DNA of 64,000 bases, from positions 118,286,056 to 118,350,055 of the forward strand of contig NC_068984.1 of the NCBI RefSeq assembly GCF_001194135.2, given 5' to 3'. A program made the translations under genes and the position numbers. Under the pieces are notes generated by a model. That model saw nothing but the letters and a program-made list of their open reading frames with translations, searched no databases and was not told the origin of the DNA. The stretch is from Octopus bimaculoides. Taxonomy: Eukaryota. This document shows, piece by piece, positions 12,072-23,486 of the stretch (the first letter of the stretch is position 1; each line of letters starts with the position of its first letter).

Positions 12072-15000
12072 NNNNNNNNNNNNNNNNNNNNNNNNNNNNN
12101 NNNNNNNNNNNNNNNNNNNNNNNNNNNNNNNNNNNNNNNNNNNNNNNNNNNNNNNNNNNNNNNNNNNNNNNNNNNNNNNNNNNNNNNNNNNNNNNNNNNN
12201 NNNNNNNNNNNNNNNNNNNNNNNNNNNNNNNNNNNNNNNNNNNNNNNNNNNNNNNNNNNNNNNNNNNNNNNNNNNNNNNNNGTGTGTGTGTGTGTGTGTG
12301 TGACTGTATCGACCAGAGACAATCGGATATTGTTATGCATTGATGGTCACGATGCACTTCCTTGCATCGCTGCAGCTTTCGAATGATGTCATCCCGGTGT
12401 GTAGGCTGGCTGGACAACATTCCCTTGAACGAAACACCAGTCCGTTGCGGGGTTACCCATCTACAACTAAACAGCGTGAAATAAAGAGTTTTGCACAAAA
12501 ATACAACGCACCCCTGGTTTGAGAATTAAAACCACAATCTTGCCGGCCGTGAAAGCGACACTCGAATCACTAGGCCACGTGCTTTCACATGTATATGAAT
12601 ACATACATACATACGTACATACATACATACATACGTACGTACGTACGTACGTACGTACTCGTATGCACACTTCCGTTAACAACTGGTATTGGTTTAAGTC
12701 CCAGTCAACTTTACTTTTCATCCCTCTGCGATCGACAAAACAAAATACCAGTAAAATATTGGGTCAACAGTATCAACTAACACCTTCCCCTCAAAACTGC
12801 TAGCCCTCTCTCTAAATTGACAAGTCCCTTAACCCCCTGCGGATTGTTGTGGTGCTACAGCCGTGCAGCGTATCTAAGGGGAAAAAGCCTGGCGGAGGCC
12901 AATCCTCTCCAGGCTTGACTCATTTTCCCCAAGTGAGTGGACTGGAGCAACGTGAAATTAGGTGTTTTACTCCAAGAACACAACGGAGCACCCGGTCCAG
13001 GGATCGGAACTACAATCTTACGGTCGTGAATCCAACACCCTGACCACTAAGTGACGCAACTCCACAAGTGGTACTCATTCCTACAGCTGAGTGGACTGGA
13101 GCAGCGTGAAGTGAAGTGTTTTGTTCTAGAACACAACGCATCGCCCGGTACAGAAATCGAAACCACAATCTTACGATCGGGTGTCCAACACTCTCTAACC
13201 ACTAAGACACGCGCCTCCTCACATCTAAATTAGAAAGCATTAAAAAAAAGGTTAGGGATTGGCAGAACGTCGGAAATAATACGTTACGACTTCTGTTTGG
13301 TCTTCGATAAAATGTAGTGGCAATCAGGAGCTGTGGTTTATGGTATCACCTGACCACCACCTCTTAAAACTGCTAACCTTTTACCAATCTTTGAAGCATT
13401 ATTACTATTATTGTGGAGGTGCAATGGCCCAGTGGTTAGGGCAGTGGACTCGTGGTCCAAGGATCGCGGTTTCGATTCCCAGACCGGACGTTGTGAATAT
13501 TTATTGAGTGAAAACACCTAAAGCTTCACGAGGCTCCGGCAGCGGGTGGTGGTGAACCCTGTTGTACTCATTCACTACAACTTTCTCTCACTCTTTCTTC
13601 CTGTTTCTGTTGTACCTGTATTTCAAAGGGTCAACCTTGTCACACTCAGTATCACTGAATCTCCCCGAGAACTACATTAAGGGTACGCGTGACTGTGGAG
13701 TGCTCAGCCACTTGCACGTTAATTTCACGAGCAGGCTGTTCTGTTGATCGGATTAACTGGAACCCACGTCGTCGTAACCGACGGAGTGCCACGACGATTA
13801 CTATTACTAGGGCAGTGATTTACTCGAATCGTGAGAATGAAGGACAAAATGCGTTCTAGCTCTTTACGACCAGGGTCCTAAACTTACCTACCTGAAACTT
13901 ACCTTTCGACTTTCCAGCATCGTTAAAATAAAGTACCAGTCATGTACTGGGGTCGATGAAATCGACTGTTTCTTTTAACCATATTCCAGATTTAGTGTCT
14001 ATGTTGGAGCCAATATATGTTTTTTTCGAAGCTGATGATTGTCATCTTTGCTTATCTGAGCTTCTCTCATGTATTCCTTGTTTCAGATGGTAAAAATAAC
14101 AAGCTCTTCTACATTTATAGCGTTTATTTTTTTTTTCTCCCGTTTATTAACCCAGATTTACATGCAGATGTGTGTGTGTGCCTGTGTTTCTCCTCGTTTA
14201 TATGCACGAGTTTCTGTGTATGTGTGTGTTTCTATGTGTATGTGTTTCTTTGTGAGTATGTATGCTCCTCTGTGTGTGTGTGTGTAATTGGATTTACCTG
14301 TGGCTATGTGTTTCTGTGCATGCTGTATAGCTTTTAATCCTGCCAGGGCTTCTACAAAATTTAGATGTTTTTTTCCAAGATTATTTTACACTGTATTCTT
14401 GTAAGCACATGTGCAACTTGATAAGCAATTGCGTGAGGAATGTGTTTTTGTTTTGTTTTGTCTTTTCTACTTCTTTAAATATACGACAATGATAAAACAA
14501 GTGTACTTGGTGTACTCCAGTGTCATGAAATAAAACGAATGATTTCAAAAAAGAAAATACGAAAAAGAAACTATCGTGGTAAATCATGAAAATAAACAAT
14601 AACCTTTTGATTTTCTCGTCATTCAGAGTCTACAAAATAAAAAAATATTTCAATACATTTTTCTGCTTTCTATGCTACCAATATTTCTCACTGTTTCATA
14701 AAAGATGATTGCTATGAAAATATCTTTCATACGTTCACTCATTTTTTTTCTCTTACCTTTTTTTAGTTTCTCATATATAAATTGTATATTTTATTATTAC
14801 ATTTATTATCAATGGTAGACAATTAATTTTAAATATGTTGTGTTAGCAAAATAATTGATTTTCCTTCACACCGATCATCTCTCTTTTCTTGAAAAGAATT
14901 TCGTATGTAAAATTTACATTTGATTAAGTTGACTTAGATCGAGATATAACGCCGATTATTTCCCACCATCTTTTCGTTTTTTCCACGCAAAACGTTTATC

Positions 15001-15085
15001 TTGCACATATTTTTCGCAGCCGTTATTCACAACTGCGAGACACAAATGTAAATCACAATTCCAAATGCATTTGTTATACGCAAGC

Positions 15086-15121
<36 letters not shown>

Positions 15122-15579
15122 NNNNNNNNNNNNNNNNNNNNNNNNNNNNNNNNNNNNNNNNNNNNNNNNNNNNNNNNNNNNNNNNNNNNNNNNNNNNNNN
15201 NNNNNNNNNNNNNNNNNNNNNNNNNNNNNNNNNNNNNNNNNNNNNNNNNNNNNNNNNNNNNNNNNNNNNNNNNNNNNNNNNNNNNNNNNNNNNNNNNNNN
15301 NNNNNNNNNNNNNNNNNNNNNNNNNNNNNNNNNNNNNNNNNNNNNNNNNNNNNNNNNNNNNNNNNNNNNNNNNNNNNNNNNNNNNNNNNNNNNNNNNNNN
15401 NNNNNNNNNNNNNNNNNNNNNNNNNNNNNNNNNNNNNNNNNNNNNNNNNNNNNNNNNNNNNNNNNNNNNNNNNNNNNNNNNNNNNNNNNNNNNNNNNNNN
15501 NNNNNNNNNNNNNNNNNNNNNNNNNNNNNNNNNNNNNNNNNNNNNNNNNNNNNNNNNNNNNNNNNNNNNNNNNNNNNNN

Positions 15580-15620
<41 letters not shown>

Positions 15621-17590
15621 ATTAGAAGGTTTGGAGGTGATGTACAGGTATTATATATTAGAAAAAATAAGGTACTCAGAGATCTGGATGGTTGTACATT
15701 TACAGATTTTTATTAATGTCACATGTTTTTTATAAATCATATAATAGACGTACTGTCTCTGCTTTTCTTTCAAACATTCAACTTTGGAGAGAATTGTTAG
15801 ATGAAATGTAGTTCCATTGATTTTTGATATTGCAGATCATCCCATGCACATTTGTAAAAAGGAAAAATCTTGAATTTTCTGTCGCTACATATTTCCAGAT
15901 GCTTACTTAGTGGAATCTGGCGTCATTCTTCTTGTCGGATATGTTGCCTGCGGATTCTTGCACGTTGGCAGAGAGAATTATTTGTTTCGCTAATGTAATT
16001 ATCTTTGAAGTTTGGACAGGTTATGCAGTATATAAAGTTTTACGTTTTGCAGTTTATATCTGCATTTATTTTGAAAAGGGATCCGCTCTTGAATTTTGTG
16101 TGGGAACCACTTTCCAAGTATTTGAAGTTGTTGATATTGTTACACGTTCCACATCTCCTGTCTCCACATTCTTTTACTTAGAATTCTGATTCATTCTCTG
16201 ATTTGAATTCTGCCCTTGTGAGGTGTTTTTTAAGATTTTTTGGTTGGCGTCTGCTATTCCGCAAGATATTTTTTTCAATCAGAGTTTTCATTTTGGGGCT
16301 TTGTAGGAATATAGGTAAGTTCGATTTTATGGCATGAAAGATGTTGGTTATTCCAGGACTGTGTGTTAATTAACGGAATCGTGTTTTCATTAAATTTTTC
16401 CTTTGGTGTCCGTAGTTGGGTGATGTTCGGTTTCATTACCTTTTTAATTAATCCTTAGGGATATTTCTGCATTGTGAGGAAATGATATAATATATATATA
16501 TATATATATATANNNNNNNNNNNNNNNNNNNNNNNNNNNNNNNNNNNNNNNNNNNNNNNNNNNNNNNNNNNNNNNNNNNNNNNNNNNNNNNNNNNNNNNN
16601 NNNNNNNNNNNNNNNNNNNNNNNNNNNNNNNNNNNNNNNNNNNNNNNNNNNNNNNNNNNNNNNNNNNNNNNNNNNNNNNNNNNNNNNNNNNNNNNNNNNN
16701 NTATATATATGCATATATACATACGTATATGTACATATATCTATGCGCATATATATGTGTGTGTGTGTCTGTGTCTGTGTTTGTCTGTGTCTCTGTGTGT
16801 GTGTGTGTGTGCATATGTGGGCACAGGACGTCACGAAACGTGTACAACAAAAAATACGCAGTACGAGTACATGGAATATGAACTATTTTTTCGAACAACG
16901 AAAGACACCAATGGAAAACAAGATAAACAACATAAAGAACGACCCTTCATCAGTTGTTGGCTGTTTTTCTACTCTCGCATTTCGAGCATATATATATATA
17001 TATTTATTTATTTATTTATATGTGTGTGTTAGTGCGTCTTTGTGTCTGTGTTTGTCCCCCACCATCGCTTTTGACAACCGGTGTTGTTGTGTTTACGTCC
17101 CCTTAATTTAGCGCTAAACAAAAGCGAACGACAGAATAAGTACTACGCTTTAAAAAAGAATCCTAAGGCCGATTTCTTCCACTAAGACCCTTCGAGGTGG
17201 TTCTCCAGCATGGCCGCAGTCAAATGACTGTAGCAAGTAAAAGAATAAAAGAATAACAAATCCGGTGTGTCAGTATGATTCGATTGTCGTTCCTGGAACA
17301 AGAAAGTCATACCATAGTTTAAAAAGGTTAGCTTATGCCTTCAAGCAAGTTTTTCGTTATTTTAAACTTAATAAAAACAATTAGTTTGTTTTACAATAAT
17401 ATCGTACTAAAATAATAAATAAATATTATTGCATTTGATATCTTCTCTGTATCGTAGGCTTTCTCTCACTCACCTCCATAACCAACGCACGCAAAATAAA
17501 ATATAGCAGAAATTAGCTTAAACAGCCAAAACCGCAAAATCAGGAACGTTTCGAAAAGTCTTCATTAATAACAAAATTTAACAAAAGAAT
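799..17590 (-). CDS. Speculative multi-exon gene. Candidate exons 17590-17474, 11930-11862, 7924-7861, 3423-3377, 2306-2282, 837-799; possible alternative exon 14351-14298
   Basis: AG/GT-bounded segments with donors GTGAGT (x3), GTAAGT, GTAACA, GTACCA. Phases chain into one open frame MEKLIGDGNRTERRLRTSINRTLQDDECVYGVVDTFYCRVVQKKCIEVQSYGINIIQHFPKTKIWIIMLYVPHGVYLRVVQPS. No recognised homology; hand-assembled. Confidence 0.2.
1721..1863. repeat. Compound (CA)n-(TA)n-(GATA)n microsatellite
   Basis: Direct reading of the sequence. Confidence 0.95.
3790..4006 (-). mobile_element. SINE family B (head GGCGGTGAGCTGGCAGAATCGTTAGC)
   Basis: Similar to about 15 other copies in the window; internal GAGTTCAAATTCC B-box-like motif. 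Confidence 0.8.
4116..4168. repeat. About 18-bp tandem repeat x3 (TCTTTTGTTACCATATT)
   Basis: Direct reading of the sequence. Confidence 0.9.
4265..4410 (-). mobile_element. SINE family B, partial
   Basis: Similarity to other copies in the window. Confidence 0.7.
5383..6656 (-). mobile_element. Chapaev3-type (CMC superfamily) DNA transposon, internally deleted, non-autonomous
   Basis: Termini CACTGGTCAACA...TGTTGACCAGTG with extended imperfect TIR (TATTTTCTGGC) and TTA on both sides (5380-5382, 6657-6659). Transposase remnants: CCNDSNIFCYVC..YFKVTLGDQDK..APHKVCKTCVE; KLGVMKQFIKSLD..FLGNKKDDNY; FHQDVKVMEERYQSRWDLDMMADYCW. Confidence 0.85.
6669..6773. repeat. About 105-bp nested inverted repeat (tiny MITE-like)
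   Basis: AGTTTGATTCGT (6669-6680) / ACGAATCAAACT (6762-6773) plus inner TAGTCTCGT / ACGAGACTA. Confidence 0.6.
6839..7120 (+). mobile_element. SINE family A1 (tRNA-like head, TTGAGCAAGACACTTTATTTCACGTTGCTCCAG core, A1 tail)
   Basis: A/B-box-like head; homologous copies at 10914 and 43205. Confidence 0.8.
7180..7275. repeat. 31-bp-arm hairpin
   Basis: TGTTTCTGCTGTAAAATGCAATGCACTCATA versus TATGAGTGCATTGCATCTTATAGCGGAAACA: 28/31 Watson-Crick pairs plus 2 G-U pairs on the + strand. Confidence 0.8.
7277..7630 (+). mobile_element. SINE family C (GGCGCAGG..GTGGCTGTGTGGT head, internal microsatellite, 3' module ending GAAACAAGTAAAAG)
   Basis: Homologous to more than 10 copies or half-copies in the window. 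Confidence 0.8.
8695..9010 (+). mobile_element. SINE family A2 (same head/core as A1, tail GTACCTGTATTTCAAAGG...GTAACCGACGGAGT)
   Basis: Homologous copies at 13415, 33383, 60920 and 62028. Confidence 0.8.
10697..10740 (+). ncRNA. Decayed hammerhead-ribozyme-like motif
   Basis: CTGATGA-GGTC-aaaataa-GATC-GAGA-TTT-GTC. The GAAA core is mutated to GAGA and stem I does not pair. Confidence 0.35.
10914..11251 (+). mobile_element. SINE family A1
   Basis: Similarity to the 6839-7120 copy. Confidence 0.8.
12860..13220 (-). mobile_element. Two adjacent SINE family A head/core copies
   Basis: Reverse complement of the head/core, e.g. GAGTGGACTGGAGCAACGTGAAAT. Confidence 0.7.
13415..13795 (+). mobile_element. 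Chimeric SINE: different tRNA-like head joined to the A2 tail
   Basis: Head GGCCCAGTGGTTAGGGCAG..GGTTTCGATTCC and body differ from family A; the tail from 13615 matches A2. Confidence 0.7.
15626..16445 (-). mobile_element. Penelope-like element, GIY-YIG endonuclease end, pseudogenised
   Basis: Minus translation CGDRRCGTC..INCKT*NFIYCITCPNFKDNYISETNNSLCQRARIRRQHI..IPLSKHLEIC..KIFPFYK. Flanked by (TA)n tracts running into gaps on both sides. Confidence 0.85.
17030..17260 (+). mobile_element. SINE family C, 3' module
   Basis: Similarity to other copies in the window. Confidence 0.75.
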
Positions 17591-17932
17591 CTGAAATTGA
17601 AAATTACTCGAAATAATTTGAATTGAATTGTTTATCGCTTTATTAATATATTTATTTACTTACCTATTTTTCATTGCGATATCATGTTTGCTATACAATT
17701 ATTGCATAAATTTATAAAAGCATTACTGCTAAATTCACAATTTCTATCTTAAAATTTTATACGCTTATACGCGTCATGCGTGAAAATGTGCAATAACTTT
17801 CCACTAAGTTGATGTGGTTTTGTATTGTTGCTGATTTTGTTGTTTTGCCCCGGGTCAATCTTGATCGAGTAGACATATGATCAAAAACGTTCTATTCGTT
17901 AGCATCTTGTCTATTCAAACGGTTTATTTCAA

Positions 17933-18093
17933 GGCGTGGTTGTACTTCTCAATCACATAGTTCCGGGTTCAGTCCCACTGCGTGGCACCTTGGGCAAGTA
18001 TCTTCTACTGTTACTTCGGGTCGACCAAAGCCTTGTGAGTGGATTTGACAGACGGAAAATGAAAGAAGCCCGTCGTATATGCATATACATGTG

Positions 18094-18186
<93 letters not shown>

Positions 18187-18415
18187 ACGTGTGTGTGTGT
18201 GTGCGTGCGTAGTTGTGTGTGTGTGTGTGAGTATGTGTCCGCATGACAACCGATGCTGATGTGTTTGCGTCCCCGTAATTAAGCAGATCGGCAAAATAGA
18301 CCGATGGAATGAATACCAGGCTTAAAAAATGTCTCTGGAGTCGATTCATTCGACTAAAAAAGTCTTCAAGGCGGTGCCCCTGTATGACCGCAGTCTAAAA
18401 TATAAAAGACAAAAG
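17933..18415 (+). mobile_element. SINE family C with long internal (TG)n
   Basis: 5' module, about 140 bp of (TG)n-rich repeat, then the 3' module. Confidence 0.85.
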
Positions 18416-20389
18416 ATAACCACTATGTTTTTTTGAGGGAAAAGTGGTTGTTATTTCTAGCAGGCTGGTTGATTACATGGCGTTTTTCTACATGGCTATT
18501 CAGATAAACCCTAAGGGAAGTGTTTAGCTTGCTGTTTAGTCCCAGATCAGCCTTCATCGAATAGGCATATAATCAAAGACGTTCTAGTATCTTGTCTGTT
18601 CAAACGGTTCATTTCAAGGTGTGGTTGTGTGGGAAGAAACTTGCTTCTCAACCACATGGTTCCGGGTTCAATTCCACTGTGTGGCACCCTGGGCAAGTAT
18701 ATTTTACGAGTGTCTGCGAAACTCAAAACTAGCTCACAAGATAGCTATTTCAACTTCGCAGCGTTGGGTCGTTACTGGCAATATCGACCTATTTGATTAA
18801 ATGAGTAACCGGCTTAGTTAGGCAGAACAAAGTTCATCATTCGATTTAGGTTGCCATATTTTATAGAAATATCATATTACCAGTAGAGCCATGACAAAAG
18901 CATGGCAACTGTTTCATTCAGTCTCATTTAAATTCTGTATTATTTTCAATCTTTATATACGTGATTTTCGTTTAGAGTTATAAAATTTCTAATTTACCAT
19001 ATATTTCTATTGAGCTTAAGAGGTTTTCGTTTTCTTGAAATAACTGTTGGAAAACGTCCAAGTTTATGGAGAAAAGATCAAGGTACTTCAGGTCTTTTTT
19101 ATGTTTTATTTCTCTATTTTTACACAAATTAAATTAGTACACTAAAGATTTTGCTCAGAAGACTATCTTTCTTCAACACTACGCTATCCCGCACCCTTCT
19201 TGCAACACTTTTATCTACAAGAAATTAATAAAACACACAGGCGCACAGAACGCATTATATTATTAGGTTGAATATATTTTCATAATATCAGCATCAATAG
19301 TTGAAAAGTAACTACAGAGTTTGTATTCACTGTCGGTAGCTTCAAACGAATACCAAAGCTGTAATATGCCGTCGTCTGCGTTAGCATCACCATAATCACT
19401 AAAAAAACATGCATGAAGCTAGTCATAAACTGCTGCCACTAGTACCCCTCTCACCCTTCTTTCTCATTTTAACAATTTCTGTCCCTCATACTAATTTATT
19501 TCTTCCCTTTTCCCCCCTTTCTTTCCTTCTCAAGTTCTCTCTTTCTCTCCTTCACACACACACACACACACACTCTCTCTCTCTCTCTCCCTCTCTCTCC
19601 CTTTCTTTCCTTCTATCTCCAGTCACTTCAGCATTTTTTTTTTCTCAAGTTAGTTATGAAGGAGAAAAGCAAGAGAGCAAAGATGGGCAAATGCGAAATT
19701 GTATATTTTAATTGCTTTTCAATTATTGAAATATATTCAATATTTGAATATTTTTGGACGTATGGAGATAAAAGATACTGTTCTGAGAAAGCAACCTAAG
19801 AATCAGGATATCAACTGTTGTTTATTGATAAGAATAATCCATTACTTCTACAACTGATAACCGACAACCAATATATCTTCAATATTTATCTCTTATAGAA
19901 GAGAAATAAGTCATTGGATTATCTGGCATAATGTGACTACGTGTCAGTGACGCCTTTCGCGTTTTACAACGAAACCAATCTGAAAGCCCTTGGCATAAAT
20001 ATCTCAACTTTATAGAGAAAGGGAAATGAGATCCATTCCATGCATGTCTTTCTTACGTATAAAAAAATAATACTATGATTGGACGAGCATCGAAACCAGA
20101 GTACTTTCTCTTCCAAGACAACTATGACAAACGCTGTAGAGTAGATTCAAGTTTTGTCGTTGGAAACAATAACAATGATTGTTGACATCAGTTCAAGCTC
20201 ACCAATTTATAAGGGAAGAATGCAGTCGTTTTTATGGGCTCCGGTGTATTACTGACATCTTTTTAAAGAAAAATTACTGGGTTATATTTTTATCCAAAGA
20301 TAAAAATATATTCCAGCTCCCAGTCATTAACGGTTGTTTAATCCTGGATAGGGTGCATTACTCGGAGATAACTACTTATCCGCATTGAG

Positions 20390-20660
20390 AGCTCACAACC
20401 CTAGGAGAACCGACATTCGGTTGCAATATCGCAAGAAAGCATTGGAAGACGAATTCTTTAAGCCGGACCAACCGGCAAGAGTCTTAGAGGCAAACCAAAA
20501 ACGAGACGGCTGATAATATTCATCATCTCTTTGGTCACGCTTGAGCATCCAGCTGCAAAGTGTAGAGACGGTTGCTTCTGGTAGGACCCTACAGAGGCGA
20601 TACCAGAGGACTCTATCCCCATGACTCACTCTGGAATAGTGGATGGAAAAGATGGATGGA
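20390..20660 (+). mobile_element. RTE-clade (Expander/Rex3-like) LINE 3' fragment
   Basis: Translation RRIL*AGPTGKSLRGKPKTRR resembles the RTE C-terminal RGRPKTRW motif; it ends in a GATGGATGG tail. Confidence 0.55.
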
Positions 20661-21289
20661 TAAAAATATAAAAATCAACCACGTGGAGATCTTGTAATAG
20701 AATATAAACAGGCAAAAGAAAATACGACTGGCACTTAGTTCGATAATCTTACCGACATTGCCATCCAGTGATATCACTCAAAGAAATAATTAGTGTATAG
20801 TATAACCACAAATTTATTTGTTGTGCTTGTTATTTTGGATTTTGTTTTTTCGAAATGCTCTATCGATTCTGCAAATAACCGAAGCTTTCAAAATGTTATA
20901 ATAACAACTATTGCTTGATAAAAGTCAGAGTAAATATACTATTATATTATATGCTTGTATGTGTGCGCATGCGTGTGCATGTGTAAATGAAATGAACGTA
21001 TGCCGAAACCTTCGAGCAAAGCAGGTGAGGAGTTAATCAAAATATATAAGGGATGTCAATGAATGAAGACAACGAGAAAATATACTGTGCTGCTTTACAA
21101 GGCTTGTTCAATTATCCTTTAATAATATTTCGGCAAAAATTTCCCCTTTTTAAAGAGAAAAATTAAAAATTACTCCAAAATAGGATTGGCTAATTAGGCG
21201 GTATCTATTCTTGCATTGTTTTCATTCGTTCACATTCACCTTACATATCTTATTTAACTATCACCTACATGGCCTAAAGGTTTTGCAAA

Positions 21290-22600
21290 CAATTATCGCA
21301 ATAATTCCAAACATGATTTTCCAACCAGTATTTAATAATGAAATGGGTCTGAATTACCCTAGTATTTTTGCATCTTTCTCTTTAGGTAAATAGATACCTT
21401 CAGCTATACACCATCTCTCCGCTACGTCTTTCTTCTTCCACATTTCTCTTATCAATGCAAATAACTGTAAACGCAATACTTATACACCTTGCAGCTCACT
21501 CCGTCGTTCGCTGGTGAACACTTTTTGCTCTTGCTTTTCTTATGAACTCATCCATTTCTTTTCGTCTGATGTCACTCGAATCGAAAGGTACCCTTGGTTC
21601 AGGTGGTTTCTTCAGCCCGTGCATTTCTGGGAGTACTTTATTTCTGGCAGAGTCGCTGTATGTCCCTTTAAGATGGTGTTCGAGCTTTTCTTTAGTGTAA
21701 TCCAATCTTCCGCTCTTACTTTCAGTAAACAAACGTTTCGCATATTGGTATGGGTCGTTTACAAAGCTACGATCGTTCTCTCTCTCATTTCTTCTGTTCT
21801 TTCTTCTTTCTTTTCTTAGTAGTTCTCGATGCCTCTTTTTTACCTCTTCATATAGCTGTTTTAACCCTTCTCTTTCCTCCTCCTTTGCTTCACTCCATCT
21901 GGTTCAGAGTTTTTTCTTCTCTTCTCGTATCTTTGCGATCCGACTTTGCATTCCCTGTTGTTTCAAGTCCAAATCTTTTCTGGTAGATTATATTAGCCAA
22001 GTTCTCGAGCTTTTGCTCGTCGTCCCCTTTGAATTTGGTGGCCGTTCTTGCTACCTCGTCGTCGAAATTTTTATAGCTCGTTGCATCAATTGCCTTCGGC
22101 CACTTAATCTTTGGCTTCTTCACGCCTATCACTTGTTTTTGGCTGTTCCGATTCAACTGTGGAATGAACTTCGCTATGGTTTCTTTCCAGGAGGTTCTGG
22201 CCACACATCCTATAGTTTTTCAATCCGCGCTGTTGAATTACTTTTCTCTGACACACCTTCCCTTGGTGAATTCTCAGCCCGATGTAACTAGTAAACACCT
22301 TTCTGCAGCAGCTAAATTCCTCATCTGCCATTCCTTTGCCGCTTCCTTCCCTTCTCGTTGTCCATTTTCGGTCCCAGTCCAATCCTTTTTTTTTTTTTTA
22401 CGTTCCTGTTTGATCCTCTATTCTCTCCTCGTGCTCCGGGATCATGGTGGCATGGTTTATCATGCTTACTTGTTGCAACTTTACCCGGGATCGGGCTGCA
22501 AGCACATTCGATCCTTCGTTACGCTGTCGTACTGTCAAGCGTCTCTCCGCTTCGTCATCCTGCTTTCTGGATTGTCAGCAAGTCTTTCCCTGCAAGATGA
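21290..22600 (-). mobile_element. HERO/NeSL-like RLE non-LTR retrotransposon, 5' half, truncated early in RT
   Basis: Frameshifted motifs CCRKVFTSYIGLRIHQGKVC (Zn finger), IKWPKA..FDDEV, LEHHLKGTYSD, IRKARAKS, and the RT start W..AEGIYLPKEKD..FRPISLLNTGWKIMFGIIA. Confidence 0.75.
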
Positions 22601-22679
22601 AATATAAGATGAAATATAAGATCCATGCAGGATGAAATATAAGATCCCTCCCCCGCCCCCCTCACACACACATATAAAT

Positions 22680-22870
22680 AGACGTGGCACTGTGGTATGT
22701 AGCTTGCTTCCCAAACACACGGTTCCGGGCTCCCTTCTATTGCATGGCACCTTGGGCAAGTATCTTCTACTATAGCCTTGAGCCGACCAAAACCTTGTGA
22801 GTGGATTTAGTAGACGAAAACTGAAAGAAGCCCGTTGTTTATATATACGTGCGTATGTGTGCGTGTGTGT
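22680..22870 (+). mobile_element. SINE family C, 5' module running into (TG)n/(GATA)n
   Basis: Similarity to other copies in the window. Confidence 0.75.
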
Positions 22871-22879
22871 GTGTATGTG

Positions 22880-22933
<54 letters not shown>

Positions 22934-22936
<3 letters not shown>

Positions 22937-23056
22937 TCTGCCGCCTATATATAAGATTTTTGTTGCTTATATCTAAGATTTCGCTGCCTATGTCTAAAAT
23001 TCCTGTTGCTTTTATCTGAAATCTTGTTGCCTATATGGAAGATCTTGTTGCCTATA
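22934..23056. repeat. Degenerate 21-22-bp minisatellite, about 6 units (GATCTTGTTGCCTATATNNAA)
   Basis: Direct reading of the sequence. Confidence 0.8.
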
Positions 23057-23078
23057 CACACGCACACACACATACAAA

Positions 23079-23120
<42 letters not shown>

Positions 23121-23131
23121 AACACACACAA

Positions 23132-23164
<33 letters not shown>

Positions 23165-23486
23165 CATATACACACGCTGATTGAATTATGTTTAGAAGGA
23201 CTCTTACATGTAAATTCTCAATTATTTAACATTAGCAGTTATCATGCCGTTATTCCCACTTTATCACGATCTTTTAACTTCTGCATTCATTTCGTGGCTT
23301 TTTGAAGAATTCTCTCAGTAATTATATCCTGTAAAGAAAGTATTTTTGTAGAACAGAATACAAATGAAATGTTCAGACTATACACGAAGTCTTAATTAAT
23401 AGAAGCAACATTTTGCATGTTCATCAATTAAAGGTCTATTCTTCTGAAGAATAGAATATATACAGTCAATTTTGATATTTGTTACT

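Noticed and set aside
13880-13910. Two strong minus-strand GTAAGT donors
   Set aside because: They lie within a degenerate SINE B remnant with no supporting exon.
16820-16990. Hammerhead halves (CTGATGA on minus, GAAACGTGTA on plus)
   Set aside because: The halves are on opposite strands and cannot form one fold; probably an unclassified repeat end.
19240-19373. Protein-like minus-strand segment DYGDANADDGILQLWYSF after a strong acceptor
   Set aside because: Two frames are open, there is no convincing donor and no recognisable homology, so it could not be placed in a model.
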